Positions 8,489-18,496 of a stretch of 64,000 bases of DNA are shown one piece after another; the first letter of the stretch is position 1, and each line of letters opens with the position of its first letter. A program made the position numbers and the translations under genes. The DNA comes from Dehalococcoidia bacterium (GTDB lineage Bacteria; Chloroflexota; Dehalococcoidia; GIF9; UBA5629), in assembly GCA_034436215.1 (NCBI GenBank), contig DAOTVU010000069.1:15918-79917 (forward strand), in the 5' to 3' direction. A model generated the notes under the pieces. That model saw only the letters and a list, made by a program, of their open reading frames with translations, made no database searches and was not told where the DNA came from.

Positions 8489-11065
8489 ATGGAACTGGGC
8501 CTTTCAATTAAACCTATTGGCATAGAAGAAGAGATGAAACGCTCATATCTGGACTATGCCATGAGCGTTATCGTTTCACGTGCATTGCCGGATGTCAGGG
8601 ATGGGCTTAAACCGGTACATCGCAGGATCCTTTATGCCATGCACGAATTGAACCTGAGGTATAACACGCCGTATAAGAAAAGTGCCCGCATTGTGGGTGA
8701 AGTGCTGGGTAAATATCATCCCCATGGAGACTCATCGGTTTATGACGCGATGGTTAGATTAGCGCAGGATTTCTCAATGCGTTATCGTCTGGTTGATGGC
8801 CAGGGTAACTTCGGCAGTATTGATGATGACCCTCCAGCCGCTATGCGTTATACCGAGGCGCGATTAGCGCGTGTAGCCGATGAGATGTTGGTGGATATAG
8901 ACAAAGACACGGTTGACTTTGTGCCGAATTTTGACGACAGCCTGAAGGAACCGGCGGTATTGCCGGCGAGATTGCCCAATCTCATGGTCAATGGCTCATC
9001 CGGCATCGCTGTTGGTATGGCTACAAATATACCTCCCCATAATCTGGCCGAGATTTGCGATGCCATCCGGTATTTAATCGATAATCCGGATGCTTCAGTT
9101 GACGATTTGATGCAGTTTGTAAAGGGGCCCGATTTCCCCACTGCTGGCATCATCTGCGGTATTGAAGGGATAAAAAACGCTTATGCGACCGGCCAGGGCA
9201 AGCTTGTTTTAAGGGCAAGGATAATTGAAGAATCAACAAAATCGGGCAAAGTCCAGCTCGTAGTAACCGAGCTTCCTTACCAGACGAATAAGGCCGAACT
9301 GGTAAAGAAGATTGCAGAGCTGGCTAGGGATAAACGGATAGAAGGGATCACCGAGGTAAGAGACGAGTCGGATCGTCAGGGAATGAGGATTGTCATCGGA
9401 TTGAGGAAGGATGCACATCCCGGAAAAGTGCAAAATAATCTTTTAAAAAATACCGGTTTGCAGACTGCATTCTTTATCAATATGCTGGCTCTTGTAGATG
9501 GTCAGCCCCGAGTGATAAATTTGAAAGAAGCTTTACAGTGCTATATAGATTTTCGTAAGCAGGTAATTACCAGACGGACAAAGTACGACTTACAAAAGGC
9601 GAAAGAAAGAGCCCATATACTGGAAGGCTTCAAGATTGCGCTCGACCATCTGGATCAGGTTATCAAGACGATACGGGAATCGGATACGGCTGAAATTGCC
9701 CGTACCAATCTTATGAATGAATTTACTTTAAGCCAGCTACAGGCTCAGGCCATACTTGATATGCAACTGCGACGGCTGGCAAATCTCGAAAGAAAGAAGA
9801 TTTTAGATGAATACAAAGAAGTATTGAAGACCATAGAATACCTTGAAGATCTGCTTGCCAATCCCGAGAAAATATTAAAATTGATTCAGCAGGATGTTAA
9901 GGAACTGAAAGATAAATATGGCGATAATCGGCGTACTGAGATAACTGCAGATGAGGCCAGCCAGTTCCAGGTGGAGGATTTAATTCCTCACATGGATGTC
10001 ATAATTACGCTTAGTGAGCAGGGTTATATAAAGAGAATCCCCGCCGATGTTTTCCGCAAGCAATTGCGTGGAGGTCGTGGAGTAAAGGGGATGGTGACGA
10101 GGGAAAGCGATGATGTCATGAGCTCAGTTGCAGCAGATACGCACGATAACCTGCTTTTTTTCACCAATCGTGGCAGGGTATTCAGGTTGAAATGTCATGA
10201 GATTCCGCAGGATGTGGCAAGGACAACCAAGGGCATAAATATAGTTAATTTAATCCCTATTGAAACCAGGGAAAAGGTTACGGCAATCTTTGTACCCGAG
10301 AAAACAGATCCACATTTGTTTATGCTGCTTGCTACATCCAAAGGGATGGTGAAAAAAACCAGCATGGACTATTTTAAAGATGTCAGGCGCAGCGGTCTGA
10401 TTGCGATGAAGATCAAGCCTGATGAGGAACTTATAGGCGTGGATATCGTCTCCAATTCAGATCATGTTATGTTGATCAGTAGAAATGGGCAGGCAGTGAA
10501 ATTTCCGGTGGCGCCTCTACGGAATGCGTCCCGCACCAGCGGAGGAGTACGCGGCATGAATTTAAACAAGGGTGATGAGGTGGTAAGCATGGGACGGGTA
10601 CAACCGGGCGCAGATCTGATTACGGTTACTGAAAACGGGTACGGAAAGAGAACAAGGGTTGATAAGTTCCCTCTGCATAATAGGGGTGGTAAAGGCGTGC
10701 TGGCTCACAGAGTAACTGACAAGACGGGCAAGGTAATCGCGGCAAAGTTTGTGCCTCCTGGGTACGAGTTGTTTATCACTACTGCTAACGGTGTTCAGCT
10801 CAGGATAAACGTTGATGTCGAAAGCGAAAAGAAGGATTTGCCGGAAGGCGAAAAGAAGCGAAAGCGCGAGGGAGTACCGGTTAAAGGTAGAATAACGCAG
10901 GGTGTATTGTTATCAAGGCTGGATGAGGGAGACAGAGTTGTGTCTATTGCACTGGTGGAAAAAGAAAAACCCGAGGAGAAGGCTGCCAAAGAGACAAGGG
11001 CGGTGACTAAACTGCCCCAGAGGAATATGGTGCCCGGCCAGCAGGAACTGCCATTTGCCTCCTGA
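8489..11065 (+). CDS. gyrA: DNA gyrase subunit A
   Basis: 858 aa. The N-terminus [29 protein letters not shown] carries the catalytic Tyr region, followed by a GyrA-box-like beta-pinwheel C-terminal domain and a K/E-rich tail. Confidence 0.93.
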   Translation: MELGLSIKPIGIEEEMKRSYLDYAMSVIVSRALPDVRDGLKPVHRRILYAMHELNLRYNTPYKKSARIVGEVLGKYHPHGDSSVYDAMVRLAQDFSMRYRLVDGQGNFGSIDDDPPAAMRYTEARLARVADEMLVDIDKDTVDFVPNFDDSLKEPAVLPARLPNLMVNGSSGIAVGMATNIPPHNLAEICDAIRYLIDNPDASVDDLMQFVKGPDFPTAGIICGIEGIKNAYATGQGKLVLRARIIEESTKSGKVQLVVTELPYQTNKAELVKKIAELARDKRIEGITEVRDESDRQGMRIVIGLRKDAHPGKVQNNLLKNTGLQTAFFINMLALVDGQPRVINLKEALQCYIDFRKQVITRRTKYDLQKAKERAHILEGFKIALDHLDQVIKTIRESDTAEIARTNLMNEFTLSQLQAQAILDMQLRRLANLERKKILDEYKEVLKTIEYLEDLLANPEKILKLIQQDVKELKDKYGDNRRTEITADEASQFQVEDLIPHMDVIITLSEQGYIKRIPADVFRKQLRGGRGVKGMVTRESDDVMSSVAADTHDNLLFFTNRGRVFRLKCHEIPQDVARTTKGINIVNLIPIETREKVTAIFVPEKTDPHLFMLLATSKGMVKKTSMDYFKDVRRSGLIAMKIKPDEELIGVDIVSNSDHVMLISRNGQAVKFPVAPLRNASRTSGGVRGMNLNKGDEVVSMGRVQPGADLITVTENGYGKRTRVDKFPLHNRGGKGVLAHRVTDKTGKVIAAKFVPPGYELFITTANGVQLRINVDVESEKKDLPEGEKKRKREGVPVKGRITQGVLLSRLDEGDRVVSIALVEKEKPEEKAAKETRAVTKLPQRNMVPGQQELPFAS

Positions 11066-11187
11066 GTAGCGAACACAGGGGTTAATATAATTTAGAAACT
11101 TTCTGGTGTGTTGCCTGTGCAGAGGCTGGCTGATTTATGGCCCGATTGCCTTGGCAGTCAGGCACAGAAAGATCGAGGGATTAGGTT

Positions 11188-11880
11188 ATGAAAATGGTTT
11201 TTATTCACGGATCGGGAGCTGCTGGTGCCGTATGGTATTATCAAAAACAGCATTTCAAAGATGCTGACACTCCCGATTTACCGGGGCATCCGGACGGTCG
11301 GCCGTGCAACAGCGTTGAAGAATATGCCGACTGGCTTCATGATTATATTCGGGCGAAAAATTATGAAGATGTTATTTTGGCCGGCCATTCTCTTGGTGGT
11401 GCTGTAACACTGCAGTATGCTATAAAATATCCTGCGGATTTAAAAGCCATTATATTGATCGGGACCGGTGCCAGACTGAGGGTTCTGCCGCAAATTATCG
11501 AAACCATAAGAAGCAAGCTCGATGCTCCACGGGAATGGCTGAATGAGTTCGTTAAACCGCTGTACAGCTCAATAAACAAAGATTTATGGAATATACTGGA
11601 ACCAGTTTTGCTGAGGGTTGGACCGGCACCACAGCTGAATGATTTTCTATGCTGTGATAAGTTTGATATTATGGATAAGGTGAGCTCTGTTAATTTACCG
11701 GCCCTGGCTATTGTAGGTGATAAGGATAACATGACACCACCCAAGTATTCACAGTATATGGCTGATAACATGCCATGTTGTAAAATGGCACTGATTAAAG
11801 GCGGCACGCATCTGGCATTTATGGAAAATCCACACCGGGTTAATGAAGTCATTGAAAAATTTATCAATGAGCTTAAATAG
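11188..11880 (+). CDS. Alpha/beta hydrolase fold protein
   Basis: 230 aa with the nucleophile elbow GHSLGG. Confidence 0.7.
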   Translation: MKMVFIHGSGAAGAVWYYQKQHFKDADTPDLPGHPDGRPCNSVEEYADWLHDYIRAKNYEDVILAGHSLGGAVTLQYAIKYPADLKAIILIGTGARLRVLPQIIETIRSKLDAPREWLNEFVKPLYSSINKDLWNILEPVLLRVGPAPQLNDFLCCDKFDIMDKVSSVNLPALAIVGDKDNMTPPKYSQYMADNMPCCKMALIKGGTHLAFMENPHRVNEVIEKFINELK

Positions 11881-11899
11881 ATAAGAGCGGACAGATAAA

Positions 11900-13021
11900 A
11901 TGATGAAAGGGTCATTACGGATTGCTCGTATTGCTGGAATCGATATAGGGATTCACTATACATGGATCTTAATCTTCATCCTCATTACATGGTCGCTGGC
12001 CGTAGGGTATTTCCCGATACAATATCCAGGGTGGGAAGGTTGGGTGTACTGGGTAGCTTCCGGTGTAGCAGCATTTTTGCTGTTTTTCTCGGTTCTTTTT
12101 CATGAGCTTGCCCATTCTCTTCTGGCCAAGTCGAGAGGCCTGCCGGTAAAGGGTATAACCCTGTTTCTGCTGGGAGGTATAAGCAACCTCGAGAGCGAAC
12201 CGGAAAAGCCCGGAGTGGAATTTGCCGTAGCCATAATAGGGCCTATTGCAAGCGTAATACTTGCAGGGATATTTAAGGCTGTGGATTTACTCGGATTTGC
12301 CGGCTGGGGGCCTGTTAAAGCCGTAATCGATTACATGGTGACTCTAAATATCCTCCTGGCTGCTTTTAATGTCCTGCCCGGATTTCCGCTGGATGGAGGA
12401 CGTGTACTAAGGGCGATTATCTGGGGTGCGACCAACGATCTCAAGCGTGCAACTAATATAGCTACCATAATAGGGCAGGCTTTCGGCTGGCTTTTTATTA
12501 TCGGTGGAGTGTTCATTATTCTGAGCGGAGATTTTATGGGTGGATTGTGGCTGGTGCTTATCGGATGGTTTCTTAACAGCGCTGCCGAAGCTTCAAGACG
12601 CGAGATTGAATTGCGATCCATCTGGCTGAATGTCAGGGTTGCCAGTGTCATGAACGACCGCCCGGAGACGATAGACCCGTCTGCTTCAATAAGCCACCTG
12701 GTCAATGAAGTTTATGTAAAGCGCGGTTTGCGAGTTGCGCCTGTGGTTCAGGATAACCGACTGGTTGGTATTGTTACCATCGCGGATATTAAAAAGGTGC
12801 CGCCTTCAGAATGGCCTGTGACGGCGGTTAGCAAAATAATGACCGGTTTACCTCTGAAAACTGTGCAGCCGCAGGATAATATGAGCACAGCGGTACAACT
12901 CATGGCGGAACACGGTTATGATCAGCTGCCGGTGGTGGTAGAAGATAGGCTTGTGGGCATGCTCAGCCGGGCAGATATAATCCGCTATGTCCAGGTGCAT
13001 TACGAGCTTGGTAGGAAATAG
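11900..13021 (+). CDS. Site-2 protease family (M50) zinc metalloprotease with a C-terminal CBS-domain pair
   Basis: 373 aa with multiple TM segments, the HELAHSL HExxH motif, and C-terminal CBS-like repeats. Confidence 0.8.
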   Translation: MMKGSLRIARIAGIDIGIHYTWILIFILITWSLAVGYFPIQYPGWEGWVYWVASGVAAFLLFFSVLFHELAHSLLAKSRGLPVKGITLFLLGGISNLESEPEKPGVEFAVAIIGPIASVILAGIFKAVDLLGFAGWGPVKAVIDYMVTLNILLAAFNVLPGFPLDGGRVLRAIIWGATNDLKRATNIATIIGQAFGWLFIIGGVFIILSGDFMGGLWLVLIGWFLNSAAEASRREIELRSIWLNVRVASVMNDRPETIDPSASISHLVNEVYVKRGLRVAPVVQDNRLVGIVTIADIKKVPPSEWPVTAVSKIMTGLPLKTVQPQDNMSTAVQLMAEHGYDQLPVVVEDRLVGMLSRADIIRYVQVHYELGRK

Positions 13022-13064
13022 CTCAGCCGGCGTTGGGGACAAAAGCCCGGTATTAGATGGAGCA

Positions 13065-13526
13065 TTATTTTCCGGAAGGTTTTCTTACGGTCAATACGGG
13101 ACAGGACGACTGGCGTACGATTTGCTCTGTAGTCGATCCTGAGATAAACCTGCGCCATCCTGATAGTCCGTGGGTAGCGATAATAATAATATCGATATTT
13201 TTCTCAGTGGCATAGCGCATAATCTCTGCTGCAGCATTCCCGATCAGAACCTCGGTTACCACATTTATCTGCTTATTTAGCTTCTGTTCTGTCAGATTTT
13301 TCAGCGATTTTTTGGCTTGCGTCTCGAGCTCACGCTGATATGAGGCGATATTAAAACTGGCCGATTCGACACCGATGGGAGTTTCTACTATGGGTACAAG
13401 CGGGACCACATTTATAACATGAAGTGTTGCTCCAAAGTGCATGGCAAGTTCATCTGCCACTTTTAATGCCTCAAAAGAAGGCTCGCTGAAGTCAGTGGGA
13501 CACAGTATATTTTTTATCGGAAGCAT
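13065..13526 (-). CDS. Universal stress protein (UspA family)
   Basis: 153 aa with the Usp fold signature ending ...ATHGLSGWRRFISGSTTEQIVRQSSCPVLTV. Confidence 0.8.
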   Translation of the reverse strand: MLPIKNILCPTDFSEPSFEALKVADELAMHFGATLHVINVVPLVPIVETPIGVESASFNIASYQRELETQAKKSLKNLTEQKLNKQINVVTEVLIGNAAAEIMRYATEKNIDIIIIATHGLSGWRRFISGSTTEQIVRQSSCPVLTVRKPSGK

Positions 13527-13748
13527 TTTAAGTTACCCCCTTCTATAACCTCTCATTTATTCTCGACAGACCTTTATACAGGATATATAAAACTTACAGA
13601 ATTCTCAAATTGATATTGTTTATTTACAACATAACTGAACGCATTTGTCAAGCACAGAATCGAGGATGTAAATAAAAAGAAGCGAATTGTTGTATAAAAT
13701 TTATCTTCCTTGATGTATAATCGTGGTAACCGATAATAATTTTTTGAG

Positions 13749-14606
13749 ATGCAACAGAGTTTTCTCTGTCCACGCTGCAATAATTTAGCCTATATCGGGC
13801 AACGGTTCTGTGGTTTTTGTAGTCTGGCTTTTATATATCGCTGCTGGCAGTGTGGCGAGGTGGTATTCAGCAATTACAACTATTGTGGCTCGTGCGGTGC
13901 TCAAATCGATTGGTTAGAGCACCCGTATCAAGCAGTACCGCCTGCACCGGCACAGGGCGCTTTCTCGACTGGAGAAAGTCAACAGGTATATGAGTACGAG
14001 TCCCCTGTTGTTGCCAGGGCAAATGAAGTTACTCCTCAGGAAAGGGCTGAAACCCATCAGGAACGCAGCCTCGCTCTGCTGAAGGACGGACATTATTCAC
14101 TTGCTATTGCTGAGCTGACCAAAGCTATTGAGTACGATCCCGGTAAAGCTATCGTTTACATGCTGAGAGGCAGTGCATATTATAAAAGCGGTGACATAGA
14201 TAGGGCAGTTTCCGATTTTGATAGAGCGTTAGAACTGGATCCTCTGCTGGCGCCGGCATATTACCATCGTGGTAGTCTTTTCTATTACAGGATGCAGTTT
14301 GACAGGGCCATTGACGATTTTTCACAGGCTATCGAGCTTGACAACAATGATGCCGGTGCTTATCACAATAGAGGCTGTGCCTACATGATGAAAGGGCAAT
14401 TGGAAAAGGCGATTGGTGATTTCAGCAAGTCTATTGAATTAGAGGCGGGCGATCCACGCGTTTATTATAGCAGAGGGTCTGCCTTTGCAAAGGCAGGAGA
14501 TCGAAAGAAAGCAATTCGGGACTTCCAGCGGGCACTCGATTTGAGTATCGATGATGAAGATAAAAATAAAGCAAGACAGGCGCTGAACGAGTTAGGACAG
14601 GAATAA
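13749..14606 (+). CDS. Double zinc-ribbon plus TPR repeat protein
   Basis: 285 aa. The N-terminus has two CxxC...CxxC ribbons (CPRCN...CGFC and CWQCG...CGSCG), followed by about five TPR units. Confidence 0.7.
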   Translation: MQQSFLCPRCNNLAYIGQRFCGFCSLAFIYRCWQCGEVVFSNYNYCGSCGAQIDWLEHPYQAVPPAPAQGAFSTGESQQVYEYESPVVARANEVTPQERAETHQERSLALLKDGHYSLAIAELTKAIEYDPGKAIVYMLRGSAYYKSGDIDRAVSDFDRALELDPLLAPAYYHRGSLFYYRMQFDRAIDDFSQAIELDNNDAGAYHNRGCAYMMKGQLEKAIGDFSKSIELEAGDPRVYYSRGSAFAKAGDRKKAIRDFQRALDLSIDDEDKNKARQALNELGQE

Positions 14607-14635
14607 AATAATAAGATATCGGCACTGATTAATTT

Positions 14636-15832
14636 TTATTTGGTTTGGTTATCGGCATTATTTTCAGGTACAGTAAAGTCCGATTCAATCTCCTGTAGTT
14701 CTTCAATACCCCGCTCGCGTCTGATTTCATCAATCCTGTTTAGCGGCTTTTCGAGCCTGCTCCTGCGGGTGGTAATGAGGTTAGTATATTCGTTTTGTGC
14801 TTCCTGCAGTTTTTTGCCCATCTTATCCATACTTTCCACAAATTTCTGCCACTGTATCTGGAAAAGGCTGATGGTGCTCAGAATCTCATCTACTGCTTTT
14901 TCCATTTTGAAATTCTCTACAGCCTGCCTGACCAGTGCCAGAATAGCATAAAGGGTTACGGGGGAGCAGAGCACAACCTTATTGCGTAATGCTTCGTCGA
15001 GAATGGAAGGATCATTTTCATTTATGAAACGGTAAACCTGTTCATTGGGTATCATGACCAGAACATAGTCGACCGTATTCTGTTCAGGATTTATATATTC
15101 TCGAGTGGTAACCTCTTTGATACGTTGTCTGGTATCCTTCAGAAAGGCAGCTGCAAAATTTGCCCGATCTGTTTCTGAGTCACAATTAACATATTTGAGA
15201 TAATTATCAAGGGGAAATTTTACGTCCATGTTTAGCTGCAGGTTGTTGGGCAATAAAAAAGTATAATCGGGCCTGTTTCCTGAGTAGTCTGCACTTCGTT
15301 GTTTGAAGTAATTAATATTTTCGATAAAACCTACAGCCCGCAGTATATCATCTGCCATTCGCTCTCCCCATTGACCACGCACTCTTGAATTGCCCAGCGC
15401 CAGTTGCAACTTACCGGTCGTTTCCTGTAGTTTCAAAGTTTGTTCCGAAGCAAATCTCAGTTGCTCGCTGAGCTGACCGAATGTGCTGGCGCGCTCCCTT
15501 TCAAGATTGTTGACCAGTTGTTCAAGTTCTTTTAGCCCATTTTTAACGTCCTGAATTGATTGATCGATAAGTTGTTTTTTATTTTCGATATTCTGTTCAC
15601 CGAGTTGGGTGTGTTTGGCCACTACCTGTTCTGACATATTCACCAGTTGCTGTACAGAAGCCTGCATGGAAGTATCGGTAAAAGCTGCTAAATTTTTTTG
15701 TATCTCCCCGCTGATGGATAGGATATCCTGCTTATAATAAGGTTTATAAATCCGGGTTATGATTATGGTAACAGCCACACCGATCACCATCCCACCCATA
15801 AAAATAATTGCATAAATAATTAGTTCATTCAT
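14636..15832 (-). CDS. rmuC: DNA recombination protein RmuC
   Basis: 398 aa with an N-terminal TM helix, a long coiled-coil, and the RmuC C-terminal nuclease-like domain. Confidence 0.8.
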   Translation of the reverse strand: MNELIIYAIIFMGGMVIGVAVTIIITRIYKPYYKQDILSISGEIQKNLAAFTDTSMQASVQQLVNMSEQVVAKHTQLGEQNIENKKQLIDQSIQDVKNGLKELEQLVNNLERERASTFGQLSEQLRFASEQTLKLQETTGKLQLALGNSRVRGQWGERMADDILRAVGFIENINYFKQRSADYSGNRPDYTFLLPNNLQLNMDVKFPLDNYLKYVNCDSETDRANFAAAFLKDTRQRIKEVTTREYINPEQNTVDYVLVMIPNEQVYRFINENDPSILDEALRNKVVLCSPVTLYAILALVRQAVENFKMEKAVDEILSTISLFQIQWQKFVESMDKMGKKLQEAQNEYTNLITTRRSRLEKPLNRIDEIRRERGIEELQEIESDFTVPENNADNQTK

Positions 15833-15881
15833 ATCTCACCACCGAAAATATTTTGTATCTTGATTGTGCGGTAATCAGCAA

Positions 15882-16457
15882 TCACCACCAGGGCATTTTC
15901 CTCCACCAATCCGGATAGCCACCGACTGTTGAAGCAATGGCAATTAATGAAATAATAAGCACGACAATTGAAACTGCCAGCAGGACTTCCAGTACGATAA
16001 CACCCACTCCCCACCACATCCAGGTTCGTTGAGTGCGTTTGAAATGGTCTATGCTGTCCCATTTCTTATTCTGCCAAGCCCACTCACTACCTTTTATGCC
16101 GAGTATAATGCGCATTGTAAGATTGATTAACCACCCTATCCATGGGATAAAGCCGAGCAATGATATCAAAGCAATCCAGACATTGTTACCTATTCCCCAT
16201 ATCCACGTTAGCAAAAATCCACCCCAGTTCCACCCCTTGACCTCGGGCGGTACAAAAGACCCTGCCCCTGCTCCCGATGAATTGTAAACAGCGCTGTTTT
16301 TACCCGGCCAGTAACCTTTATCGAGGCGTTCCGTCACACAGCTAGTACAATATATCTTATCTTGCAGATTAACTTTACATTCAGGGCAGACGAACCGCCC
16401 ACAGTTGCAACATGCTCCGATTGCTTCAATATCTGGGTGGATAGCACATTTTATCAT
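15882..16457 (-). CDS. B-box-type zinc-finger membrane protein, Trp-rich (paralog A)
   Basis: 191 aa. The N-terminus has C-x2-H-x8-C-x2-C-x4-C-x2-C-x(8)-C-x2-C, and the C-terminus has a conserved NWGGFLLTWIWGIGNNVW...EWAW block with 2-3 TM helices. RBS AAGGAG. Confidence 0.65.
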   Translation of the reverse strand: MIKCAIHPDIEAIGACCNCGRFVCPECKVNLQDKIYCTSCVTERLDKGYWPGKNSAVYNSSGAGAGSFVPPEVKGWNWGGFLLTWIWGIGNNVWIALISLLGFIPWIGWLINLTMRIILGIKGSEWAWQNKKWDSIDHFKRTQRTWMWWGVGVIVLEVLLAVSIVVLIISLIAIASTVGGYPDWWRKMPWW

Positions 16458-16475
16458 ATTTAATTACTCCTTAAA

Positions 16476-17021
16476 TTAATACCATCGGCTGCCTGACGAT
16501 TGAATAGCATTGACAATCAGTCCAAAGATAATGCAGGTTATCAACAGAATTAAAACGGTTACTGCGATGGTGATACCTATTCCCCACATAGCCCATTTAT
16601 GCTGGACTTGTTTGAAATGCTCAACACTATCCCAGCGTTTGCTGCGCCATGCCCACTCATTTCCCTTGAATGCCAGAACCCATGGCATCACCAGGAAACC
16701 GAAGTAAGGGACAAATACTAGAAATGACCACCACACGTTGTTGCCTATCCCCCATATCCACGTAAGTAAAAAGCCTCCCCAGTTCCATTCGCCCAATCCC
16801 GCCGGTACAACTGCTTTGCTCCCCATGCCTGAAGTGTTTTCTGGGCCAGATACGGAGTCTGTTCTGACAGCAGCCTCTGCTGTGTTGTTTAACTTCTTCT
16901 CAATGCATGAATTACAGAAAATCCTCCCGTGGTATTCCACCTTGCATTCGGTGCAGACGGGATTATTGCATTCTACGCAAACTCCTGCAGCCTGCCGTTC
17001 CGGGTGATGGTAACAATACAT
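16476..17021 (-). CDS. B-box-type zinc-finger membrane protein, Trp-rich (paralog B)
   Basis: 181 aa with the same architecture and the same conserved block as paralog A. RBS AGGAGG. The two genes are roughly 70% identical at the nucleotide level over that block. Confidence 0.65.
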   Translation of the reverse strand: MYCYHHPERQAAGVCVECNNPVCTECKVEYHGRIFCNSCIEKKLNNTAEAAVRTDSVSGPENTSGMGSKAVVPAGLGEWNWGGFLLTWIWGIGNNVWWSFLVFVPYFGFLVMPWVLAFKGNEWAWRSKRWDSVEHFKQVQHKWAMWGIGITIAVTVLILLITCIIFGLIVNAIQSSGSRWY

Positions 17022-17241
17022 ATTCTTCCTCCTGATGGGCGCTCCTTATACTACGGTCCCTTTTCTATATGCTAAATACAGTATATGAAAGCACCGCAAA
17101 TAAATCTACTGGTATATACGGGTGTTTATTAAAAAATTTACAGTTTTGCGATTAAAACAACGGATGATATCATTTTTAAGGGTTGATTAAAAATATAAAT
17201 AAAAAAGTAACGACCAATTAAAGAAAGCAGAAGGCGGTAAA

Positions 17242-17703
17242 TTGAAGATCGGTGTTATCTCGGACACTCATGCACAAAAGTATGAAACTCTTCCGAAGAA
17301 TCTAATCACGGCTCTGTCGGAGGTAGATCTGATAATTCATGCCGGTGATGTGGTTACAGCGGATGTGATAGCGGGACTTAAAAGTCTGGCTCCTTTTGAA
17401 GGTGTATATGGCAATATGGATTTACCGGAGGTCAAGGCTATTTTGCCCCGTGAACAGTTATTGGTAATTAAAGGCAGACGCATAGGGGTTATCCATGGGT
17501 CAGGCGGACCATGGATGCTGGAAGAACGTGTTATGCAAGAATTTAATAATGTAGATGTGATAATATTCGGGCATAGCCACCAGGCTTTTAATAGAGTCAT
17601 AGATGGCGTATTACTGTTTAATCCGGGAAGTGCCGGCCGTTCTTATGGAATCCTGGAAATCGGAGATACGATTGAAGGGGTGATCCATGAAGACTATTAT
17701 TGA
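17242..17703 (+). CDS. Metallophosphoesterase, YfcE/MJ0936 family
   Basis: 153 aa (TTG start) with the motifs GVISDTH, GD, GHSH. Confidence 0.8.
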   Translation: MKIGVISDTHAQKYETLPKNLITALSEVDLIIHAGDVVTADVIAGLKSLAPFEGVYGNMDLPEVKAILPREQLLVIKGRRIGVIHGSGGPWMLEERVMQEFNNVDVIIFGHSHQAFNRVIDGVLLFNPGSAGRSYGILEIGDTIEGVIHEDYY

Positions 17704-17793
17704 GAAAGTCAATCGTCGACGAGGTGGCTATAAAAAGAGAATATATAACCACAGCCATTAATGGCTGCGGTTCTGACGTAGATTATATACCCG

Positions 17794-18459
17794 TTATTTT
17801 TCGGTCGCAGCAGGCTCTTCCGGTTTCTTTTCTTCCTCTTCTGCAACAGTCTCTTCTCCAACTCCAACTTCAGCTGCTGCCGGCACTTCTTCCATGCCCT
17901 TACGGAGTTCTGTCACCTTGATAACCATCTGCTCGGGATCCGTAAGGATAGATATTTTAGGATTTATTTTAAGATCTTTCACATGTAAAGCATCTTCCGG
18001 TTTTTCCAGCCCGGAAATGTCGACTTCGATATTGTGCGGGAGATCATCCGGGAGTGCTTCAATGTGCAGAGAGGTCAAGGCGTGAAGAAGTGAGACGTTT
18101 TTCAGTTTTAATGCTGGCGGTTCACCCACAAATATGAGAGGCACTTCAGCCCTCAGTTTTTCGGTCATTTTAACCTGGTAGAAGTCAACATGTATAGGAT
18201 CACCCGTCAGCGGGTTGCGCTGTATATCCCGGATAAGAACCCTGGACGTCGAGTCCTCATTTTTAATTTTCAAATTTATCAGATCGGTGCCGCCGGCTTT
18301 ACCCAGCAGGTGGGATAGCTTTTTTATATCAACCTGTACTGGGATCGAACTTATACCGTGGCCATAGATTATGCCGGGAATCAGTCCACCTCTCCGAAGA
18401 AAGCGGACTTTTTTACCCTTTATATTGCGTTTTGATACTTCGAGCTCAAGGTTACTCAT
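17794..18459 (-). CDS. rplY: 50S ribosomal protein L25 / general stress protein Ctc, with an acidic E-rich C-terminal extension
   Basis: 221 aa with the L25/Ctc N-terminus MSNLELEVSKRNIKGKKVRFLRRGGLIPGIIYG. Confidence 0.85.
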   Translation of the reverse strand: MSNLELEVSKRNIKGKKVRFLRRGGLIPGIIYGHGISSIPVQVDIKKLSHLLGKAGGTDLINLKIKNEDSTSRVLIRDIQRNPLTGDPIHVDFYQVKMTEKLRAEVPLIFVGEPPALKLKNVSLLHALTSLHIEALPDDLPHNIEVDISGLEKPEDALHVKDLKINPKISILTDPEQMVIKVTELRKGMEEVPAAAEVGVGEETVAEEEEKKPEEPAATEK

Positions 18460-18496
18460 TATCTTTTACTCCACCAATAATAACAAAAAATAAAGA

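Noticed and set aside
13574-13780. 68-aa ORF on the minus strand in the usp / Zn-ribbon-TPR divergent spacer
   Set aside because: It lies in an AT-rich promoter region, has no RBS and a low-complexity product, and overlaps the start of the 13749 gene.
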